Shown here: one piece after another, positions 44,372 to 53,396 of the stretch
How positions within the stretch are numbered: the stretch's first letter is position 1
How the letters are laid out: the number at the start of each line of letters is the position of its first letter
Assembly (NCBI GenBank): GCA_035544915.1
Contig: DASZZO010000053.1
Span: forward strand, 373-64,372
Reading direction: 5' to 3'
Length of the DNA: 64,000 nucleotides
From: Gemmatimonadaceae bacterium
Lineage (GTDB): Bacteria > Gemmatimonadota > Gemmatimonadetes > Gemmatimonadales > Gemmatimonadaceae
Translations under genes and position numbers: made by a program
Notes under the pieces: generated by a model
Databases searched by the model: none
What the model saw: the letters and a program-made list of their open reading frames with translations, nothing else
Told to the model about the DNA's origin: nothing

Positions 44372-46029
44372 GTATCCGAGGGAGCCTTCCTGGCGCGCGG
44401 CTTGCGCACGCGCTTGGGCTTCCCTTCGTCGGCCTGGGGTGCATCATCAACGACACCGACGAGAAACAGGCTCGCGGGTGGCGACGCCTTCGCGAGGCCG
44501 CGGCCGCCGCGCGCAGGCGCGCTGCGGGGGCCCATGCCGCGCGGGACCACCGGCGTGTTCGCGGCCCGGACCTGATCGGCCGCGGTCTTGAGAGCCGCTT
44601 CCTTCACCTGAAGCTGGTCGGCCACGCTGGGCGCAGTGGCTGCGGCGGCCACCTCAAAGGCGTCACCGCGCTTGCGAAGATCCACGACGTCGGCGTCGTG
44701 TGCGTCGCGAAGAATGCGCGCGAAGTTGCGCTCGCTCAGGCTCTCGCTGTCGCGCCCAAGGAGTGCAAGCGCCTTCTGGCGCACGCGCTCGCTTGGCACC
44801 GAATCGTCCACCGAAACGAGTGCGTCGACCGCATCGCGCACCAGCGAGAAGGCCTCGTCGCGGGTGAGCCGGATGCCCGTGACACCGATCGCGCCGTCGG
44901 ACGCCGCACTCGGCCGACTCTCGCGCGGGACGGCCACTGGCACTGGACGTGCCCTGACTGGCTCCGCCGCCGGGGCGGGAACCGCACGCTTCTCGATTCC
45001 CGAGACCGGCGTCACGGCCGGCGCGGGCATCTCAACCACGGGATGTTCCGCGGTAACGACTGAAACCGCATGTTCGGCTGTGACGGGCGTCACCGTCCCC
45101 TCGACGCGCTCAACGCGCTCCCCGCGCTTCCTGCCGCGTCCGCCGCGCCGGCCACGACGGCTGCGCCCCTCGCGGGGCTCAGCGTCGCCCTCAGTGGCCT
45201 GCTCGCTCCTGGGAAGCGCCTCGGCATCGCGGCGGGGCGGCAGGCTCGCCACAGCGCCCTCCGGCGCGCCCTTGCCCGCCTTCGGTGGCGCGACGTCGAG
45301 CTGCCCGTTCTCGAGCTTCGTGACGTGCAGCAGCCCCTTCTGCGCGGCCTCGAGACAGAACTTCGAGAACTTCGAGATGCCAAGATTCTTCTCGTCGAAC
45401 GAGCTATCGATCTCCTGCATCACCTGCTTGAGCCGGTCGGAGCGCATCACGTCGCCGTTCCGCTGCATCCGGTTGATTGCTTCCGTGACGAGCTCCCACG
45501 GGTCGTGCTTCATGGTGCCTTCGGTCTCACCCGCCTTCACCAGCCCCGCGAGTGCATTGTAGCTGTAGTACTCATCGCAGTTCTGCACGAGCAGGTCGCT
45601 CGACGATTCCCGAATGCCCACGCCGATGACGTACTTGCCGTACTCCTTGAGCTTGATGACCAGGCTGGAGAAGTCGGAATCGCCGGAGAGCAGAATGATC
45701 GTGCCGATTTCCGGGCGGGTGAACACGAGCTCCATGGCATCGATCGCGAGGCGGATGTCGGTTGCGTTCTTCTTGGACGACCCATAGGCGGGCGCAAAGA
45801 TGAGGTCGATCGACGCTTCCGAGAGCGGCACGATGTACTGCGGGTATCGACGCCAGTCCGCGTAGGCACGCTGGACCGCGACCTTGCCATGGACGATGTC
45901 GGAGGAGAGGAGGTTCCGAAGCTCCGTCTGGAGGTCGGAGCGGATCCCCATCGTGACGTTGTCGAAGTCGATGAGGAGGGCGGCGTTCGGCGCGTGGACA
46001 ACCGGGCCGCTGATGGTGGAAGGGGACAT
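44368..46029 (-). CDS. NYN (LabA-like) ribonuclease-domain protein with OST-HTH/LOTUS domains and an RGG-like linker
   Basis: ALLIDFDNV..RAYADW...KNATDI.L.IDA......I....L.SGDSDF..L...L...GK.V.G. is the NYN core. LOTUS-like modules follow, plus RSRRGRRGGRGRKRGER. Confidence 0.8.
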   Translation of the reverse strand: MSPSTISGPVVHAPNAALLIDFDNVTMGIRSDLQTELRNLLSSDIVHGKVAVQRAYADWRRYPQYIVPLSEASIDLIFAPAYGSSKKNATDIRLAIDAMELVFTRPEIGTIILLSGDSDFSSLVIKLKEYGKYVIGVGIRESSSDLLVQNCDEYYSYNALAGLVKAGETEGTMKHDPWELVTEAINRMQRNGDVMRSDRLKQVMQEIDSSFDEKNLGISKFSKFCLEAAQKGLLHVTKLENGQLDVAPPKAGKGAPEGAVASLPPRRDAEALPRSEQATEGDAEPREGRSRRGRRGGRGRKRGERVERVEGTVTPVTAEHAVSVVTAEHPVVEMPAPAVTPVSGIEKRAVPAPAAEPVRARPVPVAVPRESRPSAASDGAIGVTGIRLTRDEAFSLVRDAVDALVSVDDSVPSERVRQKALALLGRDSESLSERNFARILRDAHDADVVDLRKRGDAFEVAAAATAPSVADQLQVKEAALKTAADQVRAANTPVVPRGMGPRSAPARGGRGLAKASPPASLFLVGVVDDAPQADEGKPKRVRKPRARKAPSDT

Positions 46030-46401
46030 GGCCTGTGGGCCACGGTGCACGGGGGGGATGTGCGCCCGCGCCGGCGCATTTCGGATATGACGTTGGGGCA
46101 TCTGAACTCTGGCTGGCTCGCCGTAGGCCGGGTGCACCCACGCGCGTGCCGCGCAGATTGGCGCGGCCGATTCGCTGGCGGTGCGTTCGCCCGGAGTATG
46201 TGGAGGAGCTGCCTGGCGAGTGCGCACATCACTTCTTCCGGGGTCCTGCCGCGATTCGTTCGCTTGCCCGGGAGACGGTGATGGCGCAGACGCCGCTCTC
46301 TCCTATCGCATTGATAACATAGCGAGTTATGGGCGGTTTGTCACCTCGCGCCATAACTTGAGGCCGAAACCCATGCTCCCTCCGATCCGTAGAGCCCGAC
46401 A

Positions 46402-47625
46402 GTGAAGCACATCGGCTTCCGCTCCCGGCTGCTGCTCATCCTGGCGCTCTTCGCTTTGGTGCCGTCCATCGTCCTGACGCTGGCCTGGGGAGGCATTACG
46501 GCGGAGCTCCTTCCATTGATGGGCAGTACGGCGGCGTGGGACAGTGCGGCGGCGAGTGGATCCAGAGCACTCGAGGTTGCACGGCGCTCGCCGCGCACGA
46601 GCGCGGAGGAGCGGACGCTCGCGCTACACGAGCAACAGCTGGAAACATCGGTCACGAAAGCCCGGCAGCTCGGTCTTCTCATTCGTCGTCTCGCCACGGC
46701 ACTGTTCGTGGCCGGTCTGATCGGACTTGCGGCGCTCATCCTGGGAACCTCGCGAATGGCCGGACACCTGAGCCGGCAGCTGAGCCGGCCGTTGCACGAG
46801 TTGGTGGGATGGACGGAACGCATCAAGAAGGGTGAGGCGCTCCCTCCGGTTGACGAAGCTCGTGGAGCGCCCGAGTTCAGCGTGCTGCGAACTGGCATGC
46901 GGGAGATGGCGCAGGCACTCGAGGCAGGCAGGAGGGCGGCCATCGAGACCGAACGCCTGTCGGCGTTCCGGGAATCGGCACGCCAGGTCGCGCACGAACT
47001 GAAGAATCCGCTGACGCCAATCCGGTTCGCGGTGGAGCGGCTCATCCGGAGCAGGGCAGCGATTCCCCCGGAACTCTCGGACGCCATCGACGTGCTGGCG
47101 ATGGAATCGAGTCGTCTCGAGGCGATGGCGCGCAGCTTTGCGCAGTTCGGCCGCCTGCCCGAGGGCCCGCCATCGGTCGTGGATGTGGGAGACATGGTGC
47201 GCGCGGCGGCCCACTCGGCCGTGCCACCGCATATTCCGTGCACCGTGACGCCGGCGGACCATGTACCGCAGTTGCGGGCGCAGCATGACGCGCTGAGCCG
47301 TGCGGTGACGAACGTGCTGCTGAATGCGGTGGAGGCCTGCTGCGAGCACGGGAGCATTGTCGTGCGCCTGGAGACACGGACGGCGGGCGAGGTGACGATC
47401 GCGGTGCGCGACACCGGCATCGGCATTGCACGGGACCGGCTCGATGCAATCTGGGAACCCTATGTGACGGACAAGACCGGCGGCACCGGGCTGGGACTCG
47501 CGATCGTCAAGCAGACCGTGCTCGCCCACGGCGGGCGGGTGGAAGCGGAGAGCGAGCTCGGCGCGGGCACGGAGATACGCCTTATCTTCCCGACGGTGCA
47601 ACGGGAGCGGAGGGACGTGGGATGA
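46402..47625 (+). CDS. Sensor histidine kinase (TM-HAMP-HisKA-HATPase)
   Basis: H-box HELKNPLTPIRFAVERL, N-box NVLLNAVEA, and G-boxes DTGIGI and GTGLGLAIVKQTVLAHGG. GTG start. Confidence 0.85.
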   Translation: MKHIGFRSRLLLILALFALVPSIVLTLAWGGITAELLPLMGSTAAWDSAAASGSRALEVARRSPRTSAEERTLALHEQQLETSVTKARQLGLLIRRLATALFVAGLIGLAALILGTSRMAGHLSRQLSRPLHELVGWTERIKKGEALPPVDEARGAPEFSVLRTGMREMAQALEAGRRAAIETERLSAFRESARQVAHELKNPLTPIRFAVERLIRSRAAIPPELSDAIDVLAMESSRLEAMARSFAQFGRLPEGPPSVVDVGDMVRAAAHSAVPPHIPCTVTPADHVPQLRAQHDALSRAVTNVLLNAVEACCEHGSIVVRLETRTAGEVTIAVRDTGIGIARDRLDAIWEPYVTDKTGGTGLGLAIVKQTVLAHGGRVEAESELGAGTEIRLIFPTVQRERRDVG

Positions 47626-47900
47626 ACGGGCCAGAAGCGTTTGCCTTAATGACGGTTGTCGCCTTCGGCGGGTCAACCGTGTTCATTCTGGCCCGCGCCG
47701 TGGCGCGGCGCATCGAGGGCAAGACGCAGCAGCCGCACGCCCTGCCGGGCGACGTGGCAATGCGCATGGAACGAATGGAGCGGACCCTCGATTCGGTGGC
47801 GATCGAGATCGAGCGAATCTCGGAGAATCAGCGCTTTCTCACGAAGGTCCTGGCGGAACGTGAGCGCTCCTCCCTTCCCCCCGGCGTGATACGGGAGTGA
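47622..47900 (+). CDS. Small single-TM protein with coiled-coil tail (hypothetical)
   Basis: ATGA overlap with the kinase stop. TM segment AFALMTVVAFGGSTVFILA, then MRMERMERTLDSVAIEIERISENQRFLTKVLAE. It ends 3 nt before the regulator gene. Confidence 0.55.
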   Translation: MNGPEAFALMTVVAFGGSTVFILARAVARRIEGKTQQPHALPGDVAMRMERMERTLDSVAIEIERISENQRFLTKVLAERERSSLPPGVIRE

Positions 47901-47903
47901 CGA

Positions 47904-49280
47904 TTGCCCTCAGTCCTCATCATTGACGACGAACCCAACATCCGCCGCATGGTGGGCGCGCTCCTGTCGTCGGAAGGATTCGAGGTGCGCGATGCGCCAG
48001 ATGGTGCGAGCGGCGTGTCGCGGGCCGAGGAACTGGAGCCGGACCTGGTGCTCCTCGACCTCATGATTCCCGGGGCGATGGACGGCATGGCGGTTCTGGA
48101 GCGCCTGCGTGAGCGTTTTCCCGAGCTTCCGGTGATCATGATGAGCGGGCGAGCCGGCCTCGCAGACGCGGTGAAAGCCACGCGGCTGGGCGCCGTGAAC
48201 TTCCTCGAGAAGCCGCTCACGCCCGAAGGAGTGCTGCTCGCCCTGGCGAGCGCGCTCGAGCTGCGAATGGCGCGGCGCGAACGCACGGCGCTCCGCGCGG
48301 ACCTGGGGCTCGCGAGCGAACTCGTGGGCGACAGTCCGCCGATGCGCGACCTGCGAGCAATGATCCGGCGCGTGGCACCCAGTGACGCGCGTGTGCTCAT
48401 CTCCGGCGAGAGTGGGACGGGCAAGGAGCTCGTCGCCGCAGCCGTCCACGCCGAAAGCCCCCGCCGTGAGCGCCCATTCGTGCGAGTGAACTGCGCGGCG
48501 ATTCCGCGTGACCTGGTGGAGAGCGAGATGTTCGGCCATGAACGCGGCGCGTTCACTGGCGCTACCGACCGGCGGCTTGGCCGGTTCGAGCTCGCGCACC
48601 TGGGCACGCTGCTTCTCGATGAAGTGGGGGACCTGGGCCCCGAGGCACAGGCCAAGCTGCTGCGCGCCATCGAGGCGAAGGAGATCGAGCGGGTAGGTGG
48701 TACCCGGCCGGTCAGGGTCGACGTGCGCGTCATCTCGGCGACGAACCGCGACCTCGAGCGGGCGGTGAAGGAGGGACGCTTTCGCGAAGATCTCTACTTC
48801 CGGTTGAACGTGATTCCCGTGTGGGTGCCACCGCTGCGGGAGCGGCCGTCGGATATTCCCGCCCTCGTGCGCCACTTCGCCGCCCTGCAGCGGCGGCGCT
48901 CCGGCCAGATCGCACCGGAGTGGACCGATGAGGCCGTGCAGCACCTCGCGCGATATCGCTGGCCGGGGAACGTGCGCGAGCTGGCGAACATCGTGGAACG
49001 CCTGTCCATCCTGCACGCGGGCCGCACCATCAGTGCGCCGCAGGTGCAAGGCGTGTTGCCTGCCTTCGATGGAGGCGTGTCCGCACCGGCGCTTCCCGAC
49101 CCCGTGCAGCCGGAACTCACGCTGAGCGATTCACTTGACGAATATGAACGGCTCCTCATCAGCCGGGCACTGTCGGCATCGAATGGTGTCGTGGCGGAGG
49201 CGGCGCGCCGGCTCCGCACCGACCGCCCGAACCTGTATCGCCGAATGAAGCGGCTCGGCATTCTCATGCCGGCAGGCTGA
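47904..49280 (+). CDS. Sigma-54-dependent response regulator (NtrC family)
   Basis: Receiver domain (VLIIDDEP..DLVLLDLMIPG), Walker A GESGTGKE, GAFTGA, ESEMFGH, and a C-terminal HTH (AARRLRTDRPNLYRRM). TTG start. Confidence 0.9.
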   Translation: MPSVLIIDDEPNIRRMVGALLSSEGFEVRDAPDGASGVSRAEELEPDLVLLDLMIPGAMDGMAVLERLRERFPELPVIMMSGRAGLADAVKATRLGAVNFLEKPLTPEGVLLALASALELRMARRERTALRADLGLASELVGDSPPMRDLRAMIRRVAPSDARVLISGESGTGKELVAAAVHAESPRRERPFVRVNCAAIPRDLVESEMFGHERGAFTGATDRRLGRFELAHLGTLLLDEVGDLGPEAQAKLLRAIEAKEIERVGGTRPVRVDVRVISATNRDLERAVKEGRFREDLYFRLNVIPVWVPPLRERPSDIPALVRHFAALQRRRSGQIAPEWTDEAVQHLARYRWPGNVRELANIVERLSILHAGRTISAPQVQGVLPAFDGGVSAPALPDPVQPELTLSDSLDEYERLLISRALSASNGVVAEAARRLRTDRPNLYRRMKRLGILMPAG

Positions 49281-49457
49281 GTCAGCGGGGTAGTACAAAT
49301 TGACACAAGGAACCGTTCAGAGCTGGTGGTCCGGAGATAGCAGAGTGGGGACTGCACGTTGCGTAGGCGGCCGGTGCGCAATGACTTCGCTCGGCGGCGG
49401 CCCGGCGGCACGGGTCGTGCGTTGCTCTCGGGCGACCCGAACACAGAGGGAGATTCC

Positions 49458-51200
49458 ATGAGAGGCTTGCCGCGGACGTCAATGCTGGCTTCCACCGCAT
49501 GGTGCTTGCTCGCCGCCGCCGCGCAATCGGTGTCCGCGCAGCACGACACTGCCGCGCTCCGGCTCACACCGGTCGCGCGCAGCGCGGTGGAGACCTACAA
49601 CGCGCAGGCCACCACTCGCGTCACAGGTGCTTTCGACGTGCCGGCATCGAAGGTGATCGCCGGCGACGTGGCGGTGCTCAACGGTCCGGTGACGATTGCC
49701 GGCCGCATCGAAGGATCGCTCGTGGCGATAAACGCCGACGTGCGGTTCGCGCCGGGCGCGAGTGTGGCGCAGCACCTCATCGTCGTAGGCGGAGGTGTCG
49801 CAGGAAAGGACAGTGCCCGCATCGAGGGTGAGATTCGCCAGCAGCCCGAATTGCTGCGGTATCACATCACCGGTGACCGCCTGGAGGCGGAGCGCGAGCC
49901 GCAATACGACGACTCCTGGTGGCGGCGGCACAGCATGCGCCACGACTTCCGTCGCGGATCCGCATACACCGATTTTTTCTTCGTCGCCTCACGCGCCTAC
50001 AATCGCGTGGAGGGACTTTCATTCGTGGTGGGCCCGCGCTTCCAGCGCTTCCCGTCGTGGGGCAAGATCAACGTCGAGGCGTTCGGGGTGGTCCGCACCG
50101 CGGGTCCCGTGAAGTGGGGCAATGAAACACTCGGCCACGACGCCAGGGCCGAAGCGCAGTTCGGAAAACCGCTCGGCGTGCTAGTCGGCGCGCGAGCCTT
50201 CGACATCGTGGAGCCCACCGAGTCGTGGCAGATGGGCAACGGTGAGGTAGGCCTCTCCGCGGTACTGCTCCACCGCGACTTTCGCGACTACTCCGTTCGG
50301 CACGGTGGCGAGGCGTACATTCGCTTCCAGGGTGGAACCGATGCGGACCTGACCGTGTCTCTGAGCGACGAGCAGTGGGGTGACAGGCGGGACCGGGATC
50401 CGTGGACCCTCACCCGCCGCGAGCAGATATGGAGGCCGAACCCGCAGATGGATGTGGGCTCGATGCACCTGCTCACGACGCGGCTTCGCGTCGACACGCG
50501 CGATGGCGAGCGATCGCTCTGGTCTGGCTGGTATCTCGTCGGCGAGGTCGAGCAGGGCGCAGGCCACCTGGTGCGGCTCGGTGCGCCCATCAACCTGATT
50601 GCCGCGTTCGCACCGCTGAGACCAGAACCGGTGAACTACACCCGCGCTTTTTTTGACCTTCGCCGCTACAATCGCATCTCGCCTGATGCCGCGCTGAATG
50701 TGCGCGTTGCGCTTGGCGGCTGGCTAACCGGGGATCCGCTCCCCACGCAACGACGGCTCGCGGTCGGCGGCCCGGGCACGCTGCCGGGCTATGCCTTTCG
50801 GCAGACCGGCCTGACGCCGGACGTGCTGCAGTGTTCGAACGGGTTCACGCAGGCGGGTGTGCCGGCCCAGTGTGCGCGCGTGGCGCTCGCGCAGGTGGAA
50901 CTGCGCTCCACGTTTCTGTCCGGCTGGCTGCGCGATGACGGTCCCGACGATTGGTGGCGTCCCGGCTTCAACCATCGGATGCACTGGGTGCTCTTCGCCA
51001 ATGCGGGACGCGGGTGGCAGGTTGGACCCCCGGACGGGCGGATGACATTCGCGAGGAACGAGTTGCCGCCGCTCGGTTCGTTCAAGTTTGATCTCGGTGC
51101 CGGCGTGGACTTCGGTGACTTCGGATTGTACTGGGCCAAGGCCGTGAGCGACGCCGCGGCGCCCGTGCGCTTCATCGTGCGGCTGGAGCACAGATTCTGA
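49458..51200 (+). CDS. Omp85/BamA-TamA-like outer-membrane barrel with N-terminal beta-helix (bactofilin-like) region
   Basis: Signal peptide MRGLPRTSMLASTAWCLLAAAAQSVSAQ. Repeats of the type GDVAVLNGPVTIAGRIEGSLVAINADVRF. The C-terminus GGPGTLPGYAF..FKFDLGAGVDF..RFIVRLEHRF ends in Phe. Confidence 0.6.
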   Translation: MRGLPRTSMLASTAWCLLAAAAQSVSAQHDTAALRLTPVARSAVETYNAQATTRVTGAFDVPASKVIAGDVAVLNGPVTIAGRIEGSLVAINADVRFAPGASVAQHLIVVGGGVAGKDSARIEGEIRQQPELLRYHITGDRLEAEREPQYDDSWWRRHSMRHDFRRGSAYTDFFFVASRAYNRVEGLSFVVGPRFQRFPSWGKINVEAFGVVRTAGPVKWGNETLGHDARAEAQFGKPLGVLVGARAFDIVEPTESWQMGNGEVGLSAVLLHRDFRDYSVRHGGEAYIRFQGGTDADLTVSLSDEQWGDRRDRDPWTLTRREQIWRPNPQMDVGSMHLLTTRLRVDTRDGERSLWSGWYLVGEVEQGAGHLVRLGAPINLIAAFAPLRPEPVNYTRAFFDLRRYNRISPDAALNVRVALGGWLTGDPLPTQRRLAVGGPGTLPGYAFRQTGLTPDVLQCSNGFTQAGVPAQCARVALAQVELRSTFLSGWLRDDGPDDWWRPGFNHRMHWVLFANAGRGWQVGPPDGRMTFARNELPPLGSFKFDLGAGVDFGDFGLYWAKAVSDAAAPVRFIVRLEHRF

Positions 51201-51853
51201 GAACTGCGGCGCTCATTCTCGCGCTGGCCGTCCTGCCTCGCGCTCCACTGGAGGCTCAGCCGAGCGCCCGCGTCGACCTCAGACTCCCGAACCCGATCTC
51301 CCGTGTCACCGAGGAAGGACCGTTGGTGACCGCGCACGACATGCTCACGGCGTCGCGAACGCGCGCCAACCTTGCGGCCGGATTTCCGGCGCGGTTCCAT
51401 TTTCGCGTCGAGCTCTGGAGCATCGGTGGGCTTTTCGGGTTCTCCCACCTGGAACGGAGCATCGAATACGACGTGCTGGTGCACTTCATCGCATTGGAAA
51501 GAGTCTACCAGGTGGTCCTGGCGGAGAAGGAACGGCCTCCCTTCTCCCTCGGGAAGTTCGCCCGAGTCGAGGATGCCGAGCGCGCCGTGGCGCGACCTAC
51601 CCGTGTGCCGATCACGGCGCCTGCCGGCAAGCGCTTCATGTACTACCAGGTCACGCTGGAGGCGTCGAACATCCAGATCTCGGATCTCGACGACTTGAAC
51701 CGCTGGCTGAACGGCGAGCTACGGCCGGCGATGAGCGGGAACCGGAACCCTGGAACTGCATTGACGCGCGGACTGAAATCGATCATCGCCCGGTTGCTTG
51801 GCGGCAGCTCGATCGAGTACAAGACGACGAGCCCGACGTTCCGCGTGCCCTAG
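51197..51853 (+). CDS. Hypothetical secreted protein (possibly DUF4390-like), start codon uncertain
   Basis: Frame is open from 51119. The signal-like LRTAALILALAVLPRAPLEAQ is encoded upstream of the first ATG/GTG/TTG (TTG 51323). The only candidates are CTG 51197 (CTGA overlap with the previous stop) or ATT 51194. Confidence 0.45.
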   Translation: MRTAALILALAVLPRAPLEAQPSARVDLRLPNPISRVTEEGPLVTAHDMLTASRTRANLAAGFPARFHFRVELWSIGGLFGFSHLERSIEYDVLVHFIALERVYQVVLAEKERPPFSLGKFARVEDAERAVARPTRVPITAPAGKRFMYYQVTLEASNIQISDLDDLNRWLNGELRPAMSGNRNPGTALTRGLKSIIARLLGGSSIEYKTTSPTFRVP

Positions 51854-51877
51854 CTGGCGCCGGGGCCGGAACCGGTT

Positions 51878-52603
51878 ATGTTCGGTGCGACTCTCATCTT
51901 CGGAGGCCCGCACGTGTCGTCGCCCGAGAACAGTCCCCCTACCCATCGGCGCGCCTTTCTCGAGCGCGCCGCCACCGGCGCCGTCGCTCTCGCCGCAGTC
52001 CCGCTTCTGGCGCGGTGTGCCGATGCCTCGCCCTCGACGCCTGCGGCAGCCGCCCCCGCGGACGATGAGCTCTGGCTGAAGCCGCTCACCGGAAAGCACA
52101 AGCAGGTGTTCGATGCACCGGCGGTCAACGCCGGATTCCCTCTGATGTTCGCCGCCGCGTATCTGGGCACCATGAACGACACCTACAAGCTCAAGCCCGG
52201 CGAGGCCAGCGCCATCATCGTGTTGCGGCACATGGGGATTCCCATCGCCCTGACCGACGCGGTCTGGGCCAAGTACAAACTCGGCAAGTTCTTCAATGTC
52301 ACCGATCCGGCCACCAAGCAGCCATCCGTCCGGAACATTTTCTACAATGCGAAGGCGGGAGACATGCTGAACCCCGACGCGTCAGCCGAGAAGATGCTCC
52401 AGAAGGGTGTTGTCATCGGCGTGTGCAACGTCGCGCTCACGGTGCTCTCGGGAATGGCCGCTGCGAACGGCGGGGCGAAGCCCGAGGACGCCTACACCGA
52501 ATGGAAGGCAGGCCTGATTCCGGGCGCGATAGTCGTGCCGAGCGGCGTGCTCGCTGTGGGGCGGAGCCAGGAGCACGGCTGCACATACTGCTTCGCGGGG
52601 TAA
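51878..52603 (+). CDS. Tat-signal secreted protein (hypothetical, possibly DsrE-like fold)
   Basis: Twin-arginine motif THRRAFLERAATGAVALAAV; high GC3; 241 aa. The fold assignment is a guess. Confidence 0.5.
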   Translation: MFGATLIFGGPHVSSPENSPPTHRRAFLERAATGAVALAAVPLLARCADASPSTPAAAAPADDELWLKPLTGKHKQVFDAPAVNAGFPLMFAAAYLGTMNDTYKLKPGEASAIIVLRHMGIPIALTDAVWAKYKLGKFFNVTDPATKQPSVRNIFYNAKAGDMLNPDASAEKMLQKGVVIGVCNVALTVLSGMAAANGGAKPEDAYTEWKAGLIPGAIVVPSGVLAVGRSQEHGCTYCFAG

Positions 52604-52618
52604 TGGCCGCCCAGAAAT

Positions 52619-52664
52619 GAACTGGGGAACGACGGTCCTGCCAGCGACTGTCGTTCCCCAGTTC
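52619..52664. terminator. Bidirectional terminator hairpin (15-bp perfect stem)
   Basis: GAACTGGGGAACGAC - 16-nt loop - GTCGTTCCCCAGTTC, between convergent genes (stops at 52603 and 52699). Confidence 0.6.
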
Positions 52665-52698
52665 ACATTTCGCTGCTTATCGGCGAATCAAGGTTGCC

Positions 52699-53298
52699 TC
52701 ATGTCTGGCGCGTGCGGTTGGGATGCGCGAGCCCACGATGCTCGAGCGCCTCGATCTGGTGCAGCACTCCGGCGCCGTAAAACATCTTGATGTACTTCGC
52801 CTGCGTCGGCGTGAGCCGGCGCACCGCCCACGAGAGATGGACGAAGTGCGGCTCCACCGGATGGTGCAGCAAGTGCATGCCGCATTCATCCGGGAGGTGA
52901 TTCGCCTTCCTGGTATTGCACGCACTGCACGCGGTGACGACGTTGGTCCAGGTGTTGAGGCCGCCACGCGAGAGCGGCACGACGTGGTCTCGCGTAAGCG
53001 ACTCGCGCACGCGCAGCTGGGCCGACGGCCGGCCGCAATACTGGCACGTATACCGGTCGCGCGCGAACAGGAAGGTATTCGTCACCTGGCGGCGGAACCG
53101 CCGCGGCACGTGAATGAACTTCGTGAGCCGGATGACGATGGGCCGCGGGTATGCCAGTCGTTCCGACCGCACGAGGGCCAGGTGGTCGGCCTCCACGATT
53201 TCGGCCTTCCCGTCGATGACGAGGCGCAACGCACGGCGCAGCGGCACCATCGTGAGCGGTTCGAACGACGAGTTGAGCGCGAGACAGCCGACGATCAT
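52699..53298 (-). CDS. HNH endonuclease (McrA-like, stand-alone)
   Basis: CQYCG....L..DHVVPLSRGG.NTW.NVVTAC..CN..K is the HNH/Zn-finger motif. ATG 53298 gives MIVGCLALNSSFEPL. Confidence 0.8.
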   Translation of the reverse strand: MIVGCLALNSSFEPLTMVPLRRALRLVIDGKAEIVEADHLALVRSERLAYPRPIVIRLTKFIHVPRRFRRQVTNTFLFARDRYTCQYCGRPSAQLRVRESLTRDHVVPLSRGGLNTWTNVVTACSACNTRKANHLPDECGMHLLHHPVEPHFVHLSWAVRRLTPTQAKYIKMFYGAGVLHQIEALEHRGLAHPNRTRQT

Positions 53299-53396
53299 CA
53301 GTTTCTCGCCGCCGGCTCCGTCAAGTCGCGCCAGATTTTCGCACTCGTTGCGTCTCCCTGCATTGTCGCTGCGGCTCGGCAAGAGAATCCTGAATT

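Noticed and set aside
49347-49364. Second sigma-54 promoter (gGGactgcacgTTGCg) upstream of the Omp85-like gene
   Set aside because: The GG-N10-GC spacing fits, but the -24 element (GGGACT versus TGGCAC) is poor. A nearby GGCAC is spaced wrongly relative to TTGC. This is too weak to call without a PWM score.
52699-53298. HNH endonuclease as part of a restriction-modification or other defence system
   Set aside because: The gene is solitary. It has no adjacent methyltransferase, helicase, ATPase or other defence-type partner. Its neighbours are an amidohydrolase and a Tat-secreted protein.
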